Shown here piece after piece: positions 51,401-57,088 of a DNA stretch of 57,088 nucleotides (position 1 is its first letter; every line of letters begins with the position of its first letter). The notes beneath the pieces were generated by a model. The model saw only the letters and a list, made by a program, of their open reading frames with translations, did not search any database and was not told where the DNA came from. Source of the DNA: Girardia tigrina (Eukaryota); the NCBI GenBank assembly GCA_001938485.1, contig MQRK01243530.1, positions 36,059 to 93,146 on the forward strand, given 5' to 3'. The translations under genes were made by a program, and so were the position numbers.

Positions 51401-54400
51401 TACCTTAGCATTTCAGTGAAAACATACTTTTTAAAATGAAAAGTTATATTTCTTAAATAATTCTAGTTTATTTATTATTTCCCAAAAATTACATTTTACG
51501 TTTCATATAAAATTACAATTCACTTTATCTATTTAATGGTTTTATGTTAAACATTAAAAATTAGTTTTAAATAAATTACTTTTTGCGTTATTTTATAAAA
51601 ATCTTATTTTAACATAATATATAAATCTATTTTTCGAAATGTAATTTTTCAATTGATTTTCAACATTGATTAGATTTTGAAATGCGGAAATTTTATGAAC
51701 TCCAAAAAACTCTCCTAACAAGTATGAAAAATCCAATTAAATAAAAAAGGCAGAAGTCTCACTTTATATTACTGTCCACTTTTATTTTTATAACAATGTA
51801 AACATACAATTTTTGTGAAAAGTAGACATGAAATTCTGTAATCCAGACACATATATAAACCTGACATCAATAGAAAACCTCGAAAATGTCAGTTTACTTT
51901 AAAAAATTACAATTTTTTACAATTAAATTATTTCAATCTCGATCATAAAAATGAACATTAACCAACTCCTTATATTAAGTATTATTAAAAAATTTTATAA
52001 TCTTAATTATACATTAGAAGATTTCATTTATTGAATTTGGTAATTTTTTAGTCTAAAAGAGCTGAATGTTCCCAAAGAATTAATTAATATAATTGCATCA
52101 TTTTAAAAAATATATTTAATAAATAATTCTGAAGAACGATCATCTCTGAGATGACATGGTTATTACGACATGGTTATTTCGTTCATTTTTTTATGACAAA
52201 TAGAACGAAAATATTCAATTTTCAATTACATCCATTCTAAATTTATTTTCTGTTAAATTTGTATTTTTTTTATATTTAATTTTCGTTTCAGAATTTATTT
52301 TTTGAGTTTCATCTAAACACATTCCTGCATCGTTTTGTCACAGAAATAATCAATAAACTAATCATTTTTGCGTCTGCGTCTTTCAGGATTCAAAAGATTA
52401 CAGATTCCAATAACAATATTGGCGATATCATCATTGTTGAAGTAATTTTATAATATTGCATTTTAAACGACTGATTTTGACGGTGGCATCGATAAAATTA
52501 CTTTTACAATGATATAATTATATTTGTTGATAGGCTGGTCGTAATGGGGAGTCTATACATAGCACATGATTAAACAATTCGTTAATATGAATAATTTCAT
52601 ATAAAAAAATAAAACACTTCATTTTGTAAAAAAATTAATTGTATAAAACATGTTCTGCGATTAAGACATCGTCAGTTGTGAAGAGTTGTCACACAATTGT
52701 GACTTTTTAATTGTTAGAGTACCTTTATTGATCCATCGCAGTTTCTGATTTATTTTTTAGTATCTAGAAAATTTATTAGGTATAAATATATAATATCTTT
52801 GTTAATTTTCTTATTTATTAAACCCTCTTAAATAAAAAATGGTAATATGTAAATTTTTTATTTATTTCATTTAAATAACAAATAATAAGTGAACTTATAC
52901 TTGATATTTTTTTTGATAATTCGTTTAATTATTTTAAATTATTTTTCTAAAATTTTTATGTATTATTTGAGATTAAATACATCTTCCAAAACTTTAAGAA
53001 CCACTGAAGTAATATAGATTAATTAAAATAAATTATTATTATAAATTGTAATTGTTAAAATATTGACTGAACACTTTATTTTATATGAGAAATAAATATG
53101 ATTATTGATATAACTTTTGTTTTGACATAATATTTATATTTGTCTTTTTAGAAATTAAGTATTTATTAGTCATAATGGATCTGAGTTTTATCTTATTATC
53201 ATGATTCACTAAAATAAGTATGGTTAGAATAGCAAAATACTGTATTTCATGTTGAGTCGAATTTGCTAAGAAATCTGCAGAAATATTCCTCCGATAAAAT
53301 CGATAAATAATATTTTGATGAAAGGCTTTCTTCATTTCATTATAATCTGAATTTAACTGTAAATTTTAAAGCTTATTAAGGTTGCACTCAAAATATTTCA
53401 GTAACAAGCTTTATAGCCATTTCACGGTTATGGAAGTCACTATTTTTTGTGTTATTGGTAATAATTATTTTGCAATGTTTGGTGAACTGAGTGAGATCTT
53501 TTTGCAGATTAAATTGTAGTCTGTCGGTCACGTAATAGATACCCCTTGAATAGATTTTCAAACGTAAATGGGCTGTTTGGTAATCTGTGACTTATGGATA
53601 TTCAGATGAAGTAAGCAAATAAGCGAAATGAGTAAACATTAGGCATCAATTAATATCTTAGTTGTAGTAAAATATTTATTTACAATCTTGGTAGTAGATA
53701 ACGTCCTAAAGACATCCGCAATGTACTACAACTATATAAAAATGTCATTAGTTCATTTTCTATTAGGTCAAAATAATAAACGATACGATAACTTGACTCC
53801 GTTTTGATTAAAGTTTGCAATAACAGTATTACCTGTATTTGAGAAAAAATTAAATTCGGTACTACCGGTAATGTGATATTTGAAAACAGATATTAAATAA
53901 ATAAGAATTTAAAACTTTTATCTAAGTACAATATTTGATTATTTATTTCTGAAATTATTATTTTTATTCTTTAATTTAATTTTTGGTCAACTTTAGTTAA
54001 ATTCTTTTTATTAACTATTTTTATTAGGTTAGTAAAATCAACTTTGTCATCAAACCGACTTTCATTTTAATTATTGGAAAAGATTATTACAGTTGCCAAT
54101 TTTTATCAAACTTATAGCGAAATTTAATGTGTGTTACTTTGTTCATATTTATTAAATAATTTTTTTCCATCTGAAAAATTTACATTCATTTGTAATTTCT
54201 ATGACTTTTTTTAACAATAAGTTACTAAAGATTTTTGAAACTTTTGTATCTAGTAGAAAAATAAATATTACTTAGGATTTACAAGCTCGAATTATTAACA
54301 GTTCTAAGTTAACACAGTCATCTGAATCAGAATATTTGTTAATGAAGAAAAATTGTAATTAATGATTCGAAGAAAAATTTCTTCACGAGATTATAATAAA

Positions 54401-55452
54401 GCTGAAAGGCTTTAACAAAATATCAGAAACGTCCTCAAACAGAAGTAAAACTGTTTTTGGAGCAAAATACAAGGAAAAAACATTTTGAATTTTATATCAA
54501 GCTTTTTGACCATTGTTTCATTTCTGAACCATTGAGCCATTTCTGCTGTAGTTTTATCTTATTCTAAGATAATACACAGAACGTAGGAATCCATGTTGCA
54601 CTGCTTGTGCTTCTTGTGTTCAAATTTTTGAATCAATATTATTAGTTAATTAGTTTTTGATCATATTTTGAGAAAGTTACGTTAATATATTGAGAATGAA
54701 TACTATTAATTAATTATTTTTTGAATAACTAGATGGTCTTTTCATAATCACCTAAATTTTTATGGTGTATCAAAATATTTTAATGATTTTCAAACAATTT
54801 TCATTCTTCATAACTAATACTGTTATTACCAGTACTATAATATTGTCGAGAAGCCAAAGCTGGTAATACCGGTATTGGACAATCCAGAATTTTGCATTCT
54901 CTATTTTTGAATTTCTTTTAATCTATCTTGAAATTTTATATTGCATTTAAATTAATATTATTTGTAACTTTAGCTTTTCGTCAATCAAGATCTCTTAAAT
55001 AAGATTGTCCACACATGGAACAATAACATGACTTCTGTGTACCTTATTTTTTTAGTTTTTTTCTTTTATTAATAATTTGTTCTAGTAGCGGCACAAATAC
55101 GATGATCAGAAATACTCATCGCCCATTTTTGAAAGAAATTGCAAATATTATTGAGAAAGAAATTAATAATTTTGCTCATCTTGTAAATTCAGGTGATAAA
55201 TTTAATAAGCTTTATGTTTCAGCAGAAATATATATTTTTTATTTAAGATACTTTACAAGTTTGGAGATCCTTTGCAGAAACTAATCTAGCCGAAGAAAAT
55301 AAAAAAAATACAATTAAGAAAAAAGTAAATCAGTTTTGTTTAAAGAATATTGAATGAAAATCTAGAATCTAATGTCATATCCTGATTCTTCGAGTGAAGG
55401 TGAAGGACCGGTGGAAAACATTGATGACATTGATGCAGAAGATACTCTAAAG
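13268..55452 (+). CDS. PPP6R: Serine/threonine-protein phosphatase 6 regulatory subunit (SAPS / SIT4-associated protein family; PPP6R1/2/3-like). Multi-exon, 3' end not found in window. Exons: 13268-13327, 15510-15589, 15654-15740, 24951-25164, 29558-29695, 32318-32383, 32435-32526, 36994-37107, 45771-45933, 49905-50066, 52292-52441, 54974-55038, 55086-55192, 55248-55324, 55366-55452
   Basis: Fifteen GT-AG exons join in phase into 1662 nt (554 codons) with no stop. They are colinear with SAPS proteins as I recall them: MMYWRPNVDSSKVEALL (MFWKF..SHIDTLL), VTLNDILKEDGVINEV..NEKLLNYL (VTLKELMDEEDVLQEC..NRKLIEFL), WLSQEDITGKLL (WLNEEKIIQRL), GPLGPHRL (PPVGNTRL), NLFFEFHLNTFLH (MFFKYTWNNFLH), WRSFAETNLAEENKKNT (WETFCTSSLGETNKRNT), then an acidic SSSEGE tract. 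Orthology within the family is not resolved. Confidence 0.92.
13504..14545 (-). mobile_element. Mariner transposase pseudogene, 5' end truncated by a Penelope insertion
   Basis: WVPHQL, WDEKWV and HDNAR motifs in ORFs 13706-14332, 14262-14540 and 13600-13815 (frameshifts); TIR-like ttggtctggaaagaaa after TA at 13502. Confidence 0.92.
14563..15163 (+). mobile_element. Penelope-like retroelement family A, 3' fragment with 5' inversion
   Basis: GIY-YIG C-half SYIGEKNRHLKIRISEH...ERQFCESLLVRHYNPSINIQ; 14593-14681 is an inverted copy of 14723-14811; the pLTR carries a hammerhead. Confidence 0.88.
15091..15132 (+). ncRNA. Minimal type I hammerhead ribozyme (Penelope pLTR)
   Basis: attg-CTGATGA-t-gatgt(atgtaa)acatc-GAAA-c-at-gTC-caat: stem I attg/caat, stem II gatgt/acatc, palindromic stem III ACATGT, predicted cleavage after 15128. 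Confidence 0.8.
15510..15589 (+). CDS. PPP6R: SAPS/PPP6R exon 2 (GVTLNDILKEDGVINEVQVFNEKLLNY)
   Basis: Acceptor ttttag, donor gtaatg, phase 0 to 2. Confidence 0.9.
15654..15740 (+). CDS. PPP6R: SAPS/PPP6R exon 3 (LMTPEHITDMLHILITTPQPNDDGVLYFG)
   Basis: Acceptor ttgtag after a 64-nt intron, donor gtaaat, phase 2 to 2. Confidence 0.88.
16210..18075 (-). mobile_element. Decayed Tc1/IS630-like transposase split by a mariner insertion
   Basis: FIFIDEAGF (~18050) and LPPYSPFLNPIENNFSKWK (~17730); the reading ENYFTN|MLFYINESRLRREIVE* resumes on the far side of the mariner. Confidence 0.85.
16268..17568 (+). mobile_element. Mariner element, 1301 bp, perfect TIRs, interior partly N
   Basis: TIR ttaggttggtcgaaaaataatggcggtttt inverted at both ends, TA TSD; HDNARPH, HPPYSPDLSPTDFY, ends GSYFD*. 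Confidence 0.95.
19741..21318 (+). mobile_element. Probable solo LTR (gypsy-related family) interrupted by a mariner
   Basis: Starts tgtgaggaat and shares gattgtgcctctcct..cagatggatga with 30268; ends ..aca; ATTTT on both flanks (19736-40, 21319-23). Confidence 0.55.
19965..21087 (+). mobile_element. Mariner element, perfect TIRs, interior N
   Basis: TIR ttaggttgttcgatatgaaacgggtcaaa / tttgacccgtttcatatcgaacaacctaa, TA TSD, C-terminus DNMGGYFD*. Confidence 0.92.
21565..21794. mobile_element. piggyBac-type MITE, copy 1
   Basis: TTAA|ccatttgactacc ... ggcagttaaaggg|TTAA; a second copy lies at 50266-50506. Confidence 0.85.
23405..23460. repeat. Short tandem repeat (tatgagctatatta x3)
   Basis: Seen directly. 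Confidence 0.7.
23515..24290 (+). mobile_element. Highly decayed Tc1 5' fragment
   Basis: KSGRRK, KNKPFL and W..NH.KW....NKVIFLDASRFE remnants with stops and frameshifts. Confidence 0.65.
24951..25164 (+). CDS. PPP6R: SAPS/PPP6R exon 4 (DQNVVSEILSSYV...FKVAKVLCQQSSEK)
   Basis: Acceptor ttttag, donor gtatga; overlaps ORF 24961-25170; resembles YPNISCELLTSDV...FSKVLSILISRKPEQ. Confidence 0.9.
26427..26468 (+). ncRNA. Minimal type I hammerhead ribozyme
   Basis: Same sequence as 15091-15132. Confidence 0.78.
26545..26586 (-). ncRNA. Minimal type I hammerhead ribozyme (antisense to the host gene)
   Basis: Reverse complement of the 15091-15132 motif. Confidence 0.78.
27285..27326 (+). ncRNA. Hammerhead ribozyme copy with a stem I mismatch
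   Basis: atta-CTGATGA instead of attg-CTGATGA, which breaks the core-proximal stem I pair. Confidence 0.65.
29558..29695 (+). CDS. PPP6R: SAPS/PPP6R exon 5 (LLNFLMSTNGILDQFVRNIECNSVVEFLIKCI...QYLK)
   Basis: Acceptor ttacag, donor gtgctg; resembles [29 protein letters not shown]. Confidence 0.9.
30170..31750 (+). mobile_element. Decayed non-LTR (RTE/L2-like) reverse transcriptase fragment, interrupted by a solo LTR
   Basis: MIEKF..|LGNAFNSV, KQGCTMGPSLF, LAYADDL, YLGSVL, DYGSECWT; multiple stops. Confidence 0.85.
30268..30693 (+). mobile_element. Probable solo LTR of the gypsy family at 39523
   Basis: TG...CA; high similarity to 39523-39928 over ~400 bp; splits the LINE RT just before the AF.SV motif; no clean TSD. 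Confidence 0.65.
32318..32383 (+). CDS. PPP6R: SAPS/PPP6R exon 6 (WLSQEDITGKLLAKIDSNGDSQ)
   Basis: Acceptor atttag, donor gtattt; resembles WLNEEKIIQRLVEIV. Confidence 0.88.
32435..32526 (+). CDS. PPP6R: SAPS/PPP6R exon 7 (VCIKAIQCLIELLAAVKSSKVENPLILDLQS)
   Basis: Follows a 51-nt stop-containing intron with an aag acceptor; donor gtaaag; resembles NASQSLCEIV...DPLLATLE. Confidence 0.85.
32629..34680 (-). mobile_element. hAT (Buster/Charlie/SPIN-like, GTF2IRD2-like transposase), internally deleted
   Basis: TIRs caggggtcgggaacct / aggttgtcgacccctg; perfect 8-bp TSD aactagat; TTDGAAAMAGKKKG, HSIIHHETLCAK and FCSTYSCKQIFSYM motifs. Confidence 0.95.
33472..34171 (-). mobile_element. Tigger/pogo internally deleted derivative nested in the hAT
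   Basis: Inverted ends cccccgatttacacggta with subterminal repeats; Tigger-like C-terminus FTAEVIREGLAL..NDTNIERALRF..KQLLITDFF. Confidence 0.8.
34750..35530 (-). mobile_element. Decayed Tc1 transposase
   Basis: FWKTVLFT, VIVYGC and SPDLNTLENLW remnants. Confidence 0.7.
35570..35795 (+). mobile_element. MULE transposase C-terminal fragment
   Basis: LEKEQHLNEINLEQTISG..GRKNYKD..RLLEIVQDY..RGVAH resembles MULE C-termini. Confidence 0.6.
36994..37107 (+). CDS. PPP6R: SAPS/PPP6R exon 8 (TRVVTHILSMML...SVIGSGLEFIKSMFEIPEK)
   Basis: Acceptor ttttag, donor gtaaat, phase 2 to 2. Confidence 0.87.
38103..38633 (+). repeat. Two direct copies (38103-38239, 38488-38633) of a ~140-bp Helitron/HINE-like non-autonomous 3' segment
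   Basis: Near-identical duplicates with aaaattcagctcaat, short (gaca)n and aagctaa.aaaa.gtggtaaaa; the family call is by resemblance only. Confidence 0.6.
38635..38870 (-). mobile_element. MULE transposase fragment
   Basis: TNNSYEA..SFNELVGSSHPTIEKF..MEQYIVG..RRKKKY. Confidence 0.65.
38949..39180. mobile_element. hAT (Charlie-like) terminal fragment
   Basis: agcgattcccaacctttt...gcggaccggt end resembling Charlie/MER5-type termini; no partner TIR. Confidence 0.45.
39370..39521 (-). mobile_element. Penelope family B GIY-YIG C-terminal fragment
   Basis: SINDLMILCKHFKNYWERVSCEALLIRSCDPKINVQ; inverted copy of 43609-43752. Confidence 0.75.
39523..43470 (+). mobile_element. Decayed Ty3/gypsy LTR retrotransposon: putative 5' LTR 39523-39928, gag, PR-RT-RH-IN; 3' truncated
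   Basis: gag KFDG and CWAC..GH knuckle; protease LLDTGA; RT SSPWNFP, CVDFRQLN, MPFGI, YLND(D); RNase H DTDAS, TDHKA; integrase zinc finger and start of core, in gypsy order; stops and frameshifts throughout. Confidence 0.95.
43470..43755. mobile_element. Penelope family B fragment with 5' inversion
   Basis: Minus strand 43475-43598 reads KCNGCNATYIGETARHLCKRVQEH; plus strand 43598-43755 reads LSINDFKIL..YWERVLCEALLIRSCDPKI. Confidence 0.8.
44280..44740 (-). mobile_element. RTE LINE 3' fragment
   Basis: KRID..RWFLRQMLKIS and LGIIIRKEGLQN..KIVGRK..RQRLTYLKSL. Confidence 0.75.
45030..45560 (+). mobile_element. Highly decayed mariner fragment
   Basis: VEANPHL..EL.EKFG..HHL..KLDV*V and KKLM..WWD remnants. 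Confidence 0.6.
45771..45933 (+). CDS. PPP6R: SAPS/PPP6R exon 9 (QSLSSFSS...IIDCLVLKLSDFKSILEDTSE)
   Basis: Acceptor ttttag, donor gttagt; resembles [20 protein letters not shown]. Confidence 0.87.
46345..47414 (+). mobile_element. MULE (Mutator-like) element, internally deleted
   Basis: Perfect 9-bp TSD tccatttat; ~100-bp TIRs built of ataaaacagaa repeats; FP.AEVKGC.FHLCQS and TTNACEGIHN motifs. Confidence 0.92.
48312..49594 (+). mobile_element. Mariner element, full length (1283 bp)
   Basis: Perfect TIRs ttgggttggccaaaaagtcattgcgttttt, TA TSD. Confidence 0.97.
48492..49517 (+). pseudogene. Mariner DD34D transposase with two premature stops
   Basis: Single frame MENQNEHIRH... W*PHEL (taa 48840), tga ~48906, then TGDEKW, HDNARPH, YSPDLAPSD. 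Confidence 0.93.
49905..50066 (+). CDS. PPP6R: SAPS/PPP6R exon 10 (LSKICIPTAYGGEIVGPLGPHRLALIDLIHHLV...IISTLL)
   Basis: Acceptor tattag, donor gtaagt; PLG..RL motif. Confidence 0.92.
50266..50506. mobile_element. piggyBac-type MITE, copy 2
   Basis: TTAA|ccctttgactacc ... gtagttaaatgg|TTAA; homologous to 21565-21794. Confidence 0.85.
52292..52441 (+). CDS. PPP6R: SAPS/PPP6R exon 11 (NLFFEFHLNTFLHRFVTEII...IGDIIIVE)
   Basis: Acceptor tttcag, donor gtaatt; FF.Y.WNNFLH-type motif. Confidence 0.92.
54974..55038 (+). CDS. PPP6R: SAPS/PPP6R exon 12 (LFVNQDLLNKIVHTWNNNMTSV)
   Basis: Acceptor ctttag, donor gtacct; resembles LFQKCQLIERILEAW. Confidence 0.87.
55086..55192 (+). CDS. PPP6R: SAPS/PPP6R exon 13 (SGTNTMIRNTHRPFLKEIANIIEKEINNFAHLVNS)
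   Basis: Follows a 47-nt intron, donor gtgata; occupies the position of GYMGHLTRIAN. Confidence 0.82.
55248..55324 (+). CDS. PPP6R: SAPS/PPP6R exon 14 (DTLQVWRSFAETNLAEENKKNTIKKK)
   Basis: Follows a 55-nt intron, donor gtaaat; resembles W..F....L.E.NK.NT. Confidence 0.87.
55366..55452 (+). CDS. PPP6R: SAPS/PPP6R exon 15 (NLMSYPDSSSEGEGPVENIDDIDAEDTLK)
   Basis: Follows a 41-nt intron, donor gtgaat; start of the acidic tail. Confidence 0.8.
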
Positions 55453-56099
55453 GTGAATTTCAGTATTTTTCTAATTTTATTAATTTTTTATTAAAGTTAA
55501 ATTTGAGTACACTTAAGACTATAATTTAACACATTCTGTGCATAAAAATGCCAAAAATACGTCAGAATGAAATACTTGTGCACATTACATATTAAACATG
55601 TTTTTTGTAAGGTTAGATATATAACTAGTAAATCAAAAAATTAAATTTTTTGTATCCTATCTTTATGCACACAGAACTATACTTTGCAAACAAAGTTTTT
55701 AAAATTAACAAAACTTAACATTTGAAAAATTTTAATTAAAAAAACACAATAAAAAAAATATAAATTACTGATAATTTATAAATAGATATCTTGCAATTAA
55801 TATTGTTCAGGAACTCCGAATTTTCAGTTTTTTCCCATTTTGGGATCTTAAAAATTTTTTTCGATCAAATTTTGACATAATCATTTATTGTCATCGAGAA
55901 TGACTAAGTGCTCAGAAATACTTAGTCCTTCAATTTGAAAAAATTAAACATCAATATAATGGTGTATTAGGGAATATTTAAACAAGTTGACAATAGAATT
56001 TCTTTTATTGATTAATTATTTAATCTATTAAAGATCAAATATTTTTTTAATGAGTTTGAAAAATATTTTTAACCGAGCAAAATTTTTTTTAAACTTAGC

Positions 56100-56640
56100 A
56101 AATAAATGCCACCCTTCAAATATTTCCCGATTATTATCGACGAAAGTTTGCTTTTACCACCAGCGTTACAGCGAAAAGAAATTGTTATTCACTCTTTATC
56201 ATTTTTTCTCCTGTGCACTTTTTTAGATGCTAGTCTTTTATAAGGCTTTACACGAAAAAATTGCTGTCTCATCCATGTTATAAACATTATCAGTATGATA
56301 TTTCTTAAATTTTTCACTCAATTTTGGAATATTAAGATCGATAAAAGTTTTGATCAGCAGATCCATGTTCTTCACACAAATTCTTTAAGCGATGTGTCAT
56401 GTCATTTTTTCTTGTTGAACCAATTTATCGAAGATAATAATATCTTCCTGGTTTTTGTAGAACAAGTCTCTTAATTCTTCATCAAATTTTGCTTTTTTAG
56501 GGTTTTAAAACTCTTATTTTCCATCTTTATAAAATCCATTCCGAGAAAAGTCTCTGATTTTTTTAAATATTTTGATATTATACTTCTTTTTACAATCTTT
56601 GCGAAATTGTTTTGTAGTTATTCAACTATTTTTTACGTAA
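56100..56640 (-). mobile_element. Decayed pogo/Tigger (CENP-B/DDE_1) transposase fragment
   Basis: DNVYNMDETAIF and ITISFRCNAGG.SKL..IIIGK remnants. Confidence 0.7.
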
Positions 56641-56929
56641 CATTCTTTTTCTTTGCACGATTTATTAACTTAAGCTTCTCATTATATACCAAAAAAACAT
56701 TTTTTTAATGTTCAAACAATTTTAGGTTGTGATTTAATTGATTCTTCAGAAACCTTAAGCATTTCTGTAATTTGTAATGTATTGGCTTGTTCGGAAAGTC
56801 ATTTCGTTTTTTTTGTATTAAAGTAAAATACATTTTTATGACGAATAAATATTTTATTGAAATACATATTGACCATTGTGGTCCAATACCTTCTTCCATC
56901 TTCCTGGCAGTGACATAATTCATAAAATA

Positions 56930-57088
56930 CAGGGTGCGGCAGCTATTTGAGAACACGTAATATACACATCATATCTTTTTGTGTGTTATAATTACATATT
57001 TTTATTTTTGCTGGTAGACATGGCAGAAGCTACTCTTACGAATGAAATGAAAAGGCATGCAGTTATTGTGTCATTAGCTGCAGGACAC
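56930..57088 (+). mobile_element. 5' end of a Tc1/mariner-superfamily element (DD37D/maT-like), runs off the window
   Basis: TA|cagggtgcggc terminus; ORF from 57020 MAEATLTNEMKRHAVIVSLAAGH. Confidence 0.65.

Noticed and set aside
53100-54620. Possible Helitron/MULE coding remnants on the minus strand
   Set aside because: Too decayed; no diagnostic motif could be read with confidence.
1-57088. CRISPR arrays, tRNA/rRNA genes, prokaryotic operons
   Set aside because: No regularly spaced repeat-spacer array, cloverleaf or rRNA-like sequence seen; the window has spliceosomal introns and eukaryotic TEs.

Overview
A very AT-rich eukaryotic window, probably animal; the taxon cannot be fixed from sequence alone, and several N-runs fall mostly inside transposons. 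The main host feature is one + strand gene that the ORF track almost entirely misses. It encodes a highly divergent SAPS-domain protein (protein phosphatase 6 regulatory subunit, PPP6R1/2/3 / SAP155-190 family). I rebuilt it by hand as 15 phase-consistent GT-AG coding exons from the ATG at 13268 to 55452 (554 codons, no in-frame stop); the gene continues beyond the last exon found. Its introns are bimodal: five are 41-64 nt and nine are 2.2-9.2 kb. The long introns are filled with nested transposons: several distinct mariner families, Tc1, pogo/Tigger, hAT (Buster/Charlie, 8-bp TSD), MULE (9-bp TSD), piggyBac-type and Tc1/mariner-type MITEs, RTE-like LINE fragments, a decayed Ty3/gypsy element with related solo LTRs, and two Penelope-like (GIY-YIG) families. 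One Penelope family carries four copies of a minimal type I hammerhead ribozyme, arranged in inverted/palindromic structures inside the host pre-mRNA. The first ~12.5 kb holds several GC/CpG-richer, exon-like islands with splice signals and stop-depleted but interrupted frames that I cannot assign (orphan gene, pseudogene or lncRNA). No rRNA, tRNA or CRISPR was seen. All protein-family assignments are by motif recognition from memory; no database search was run.
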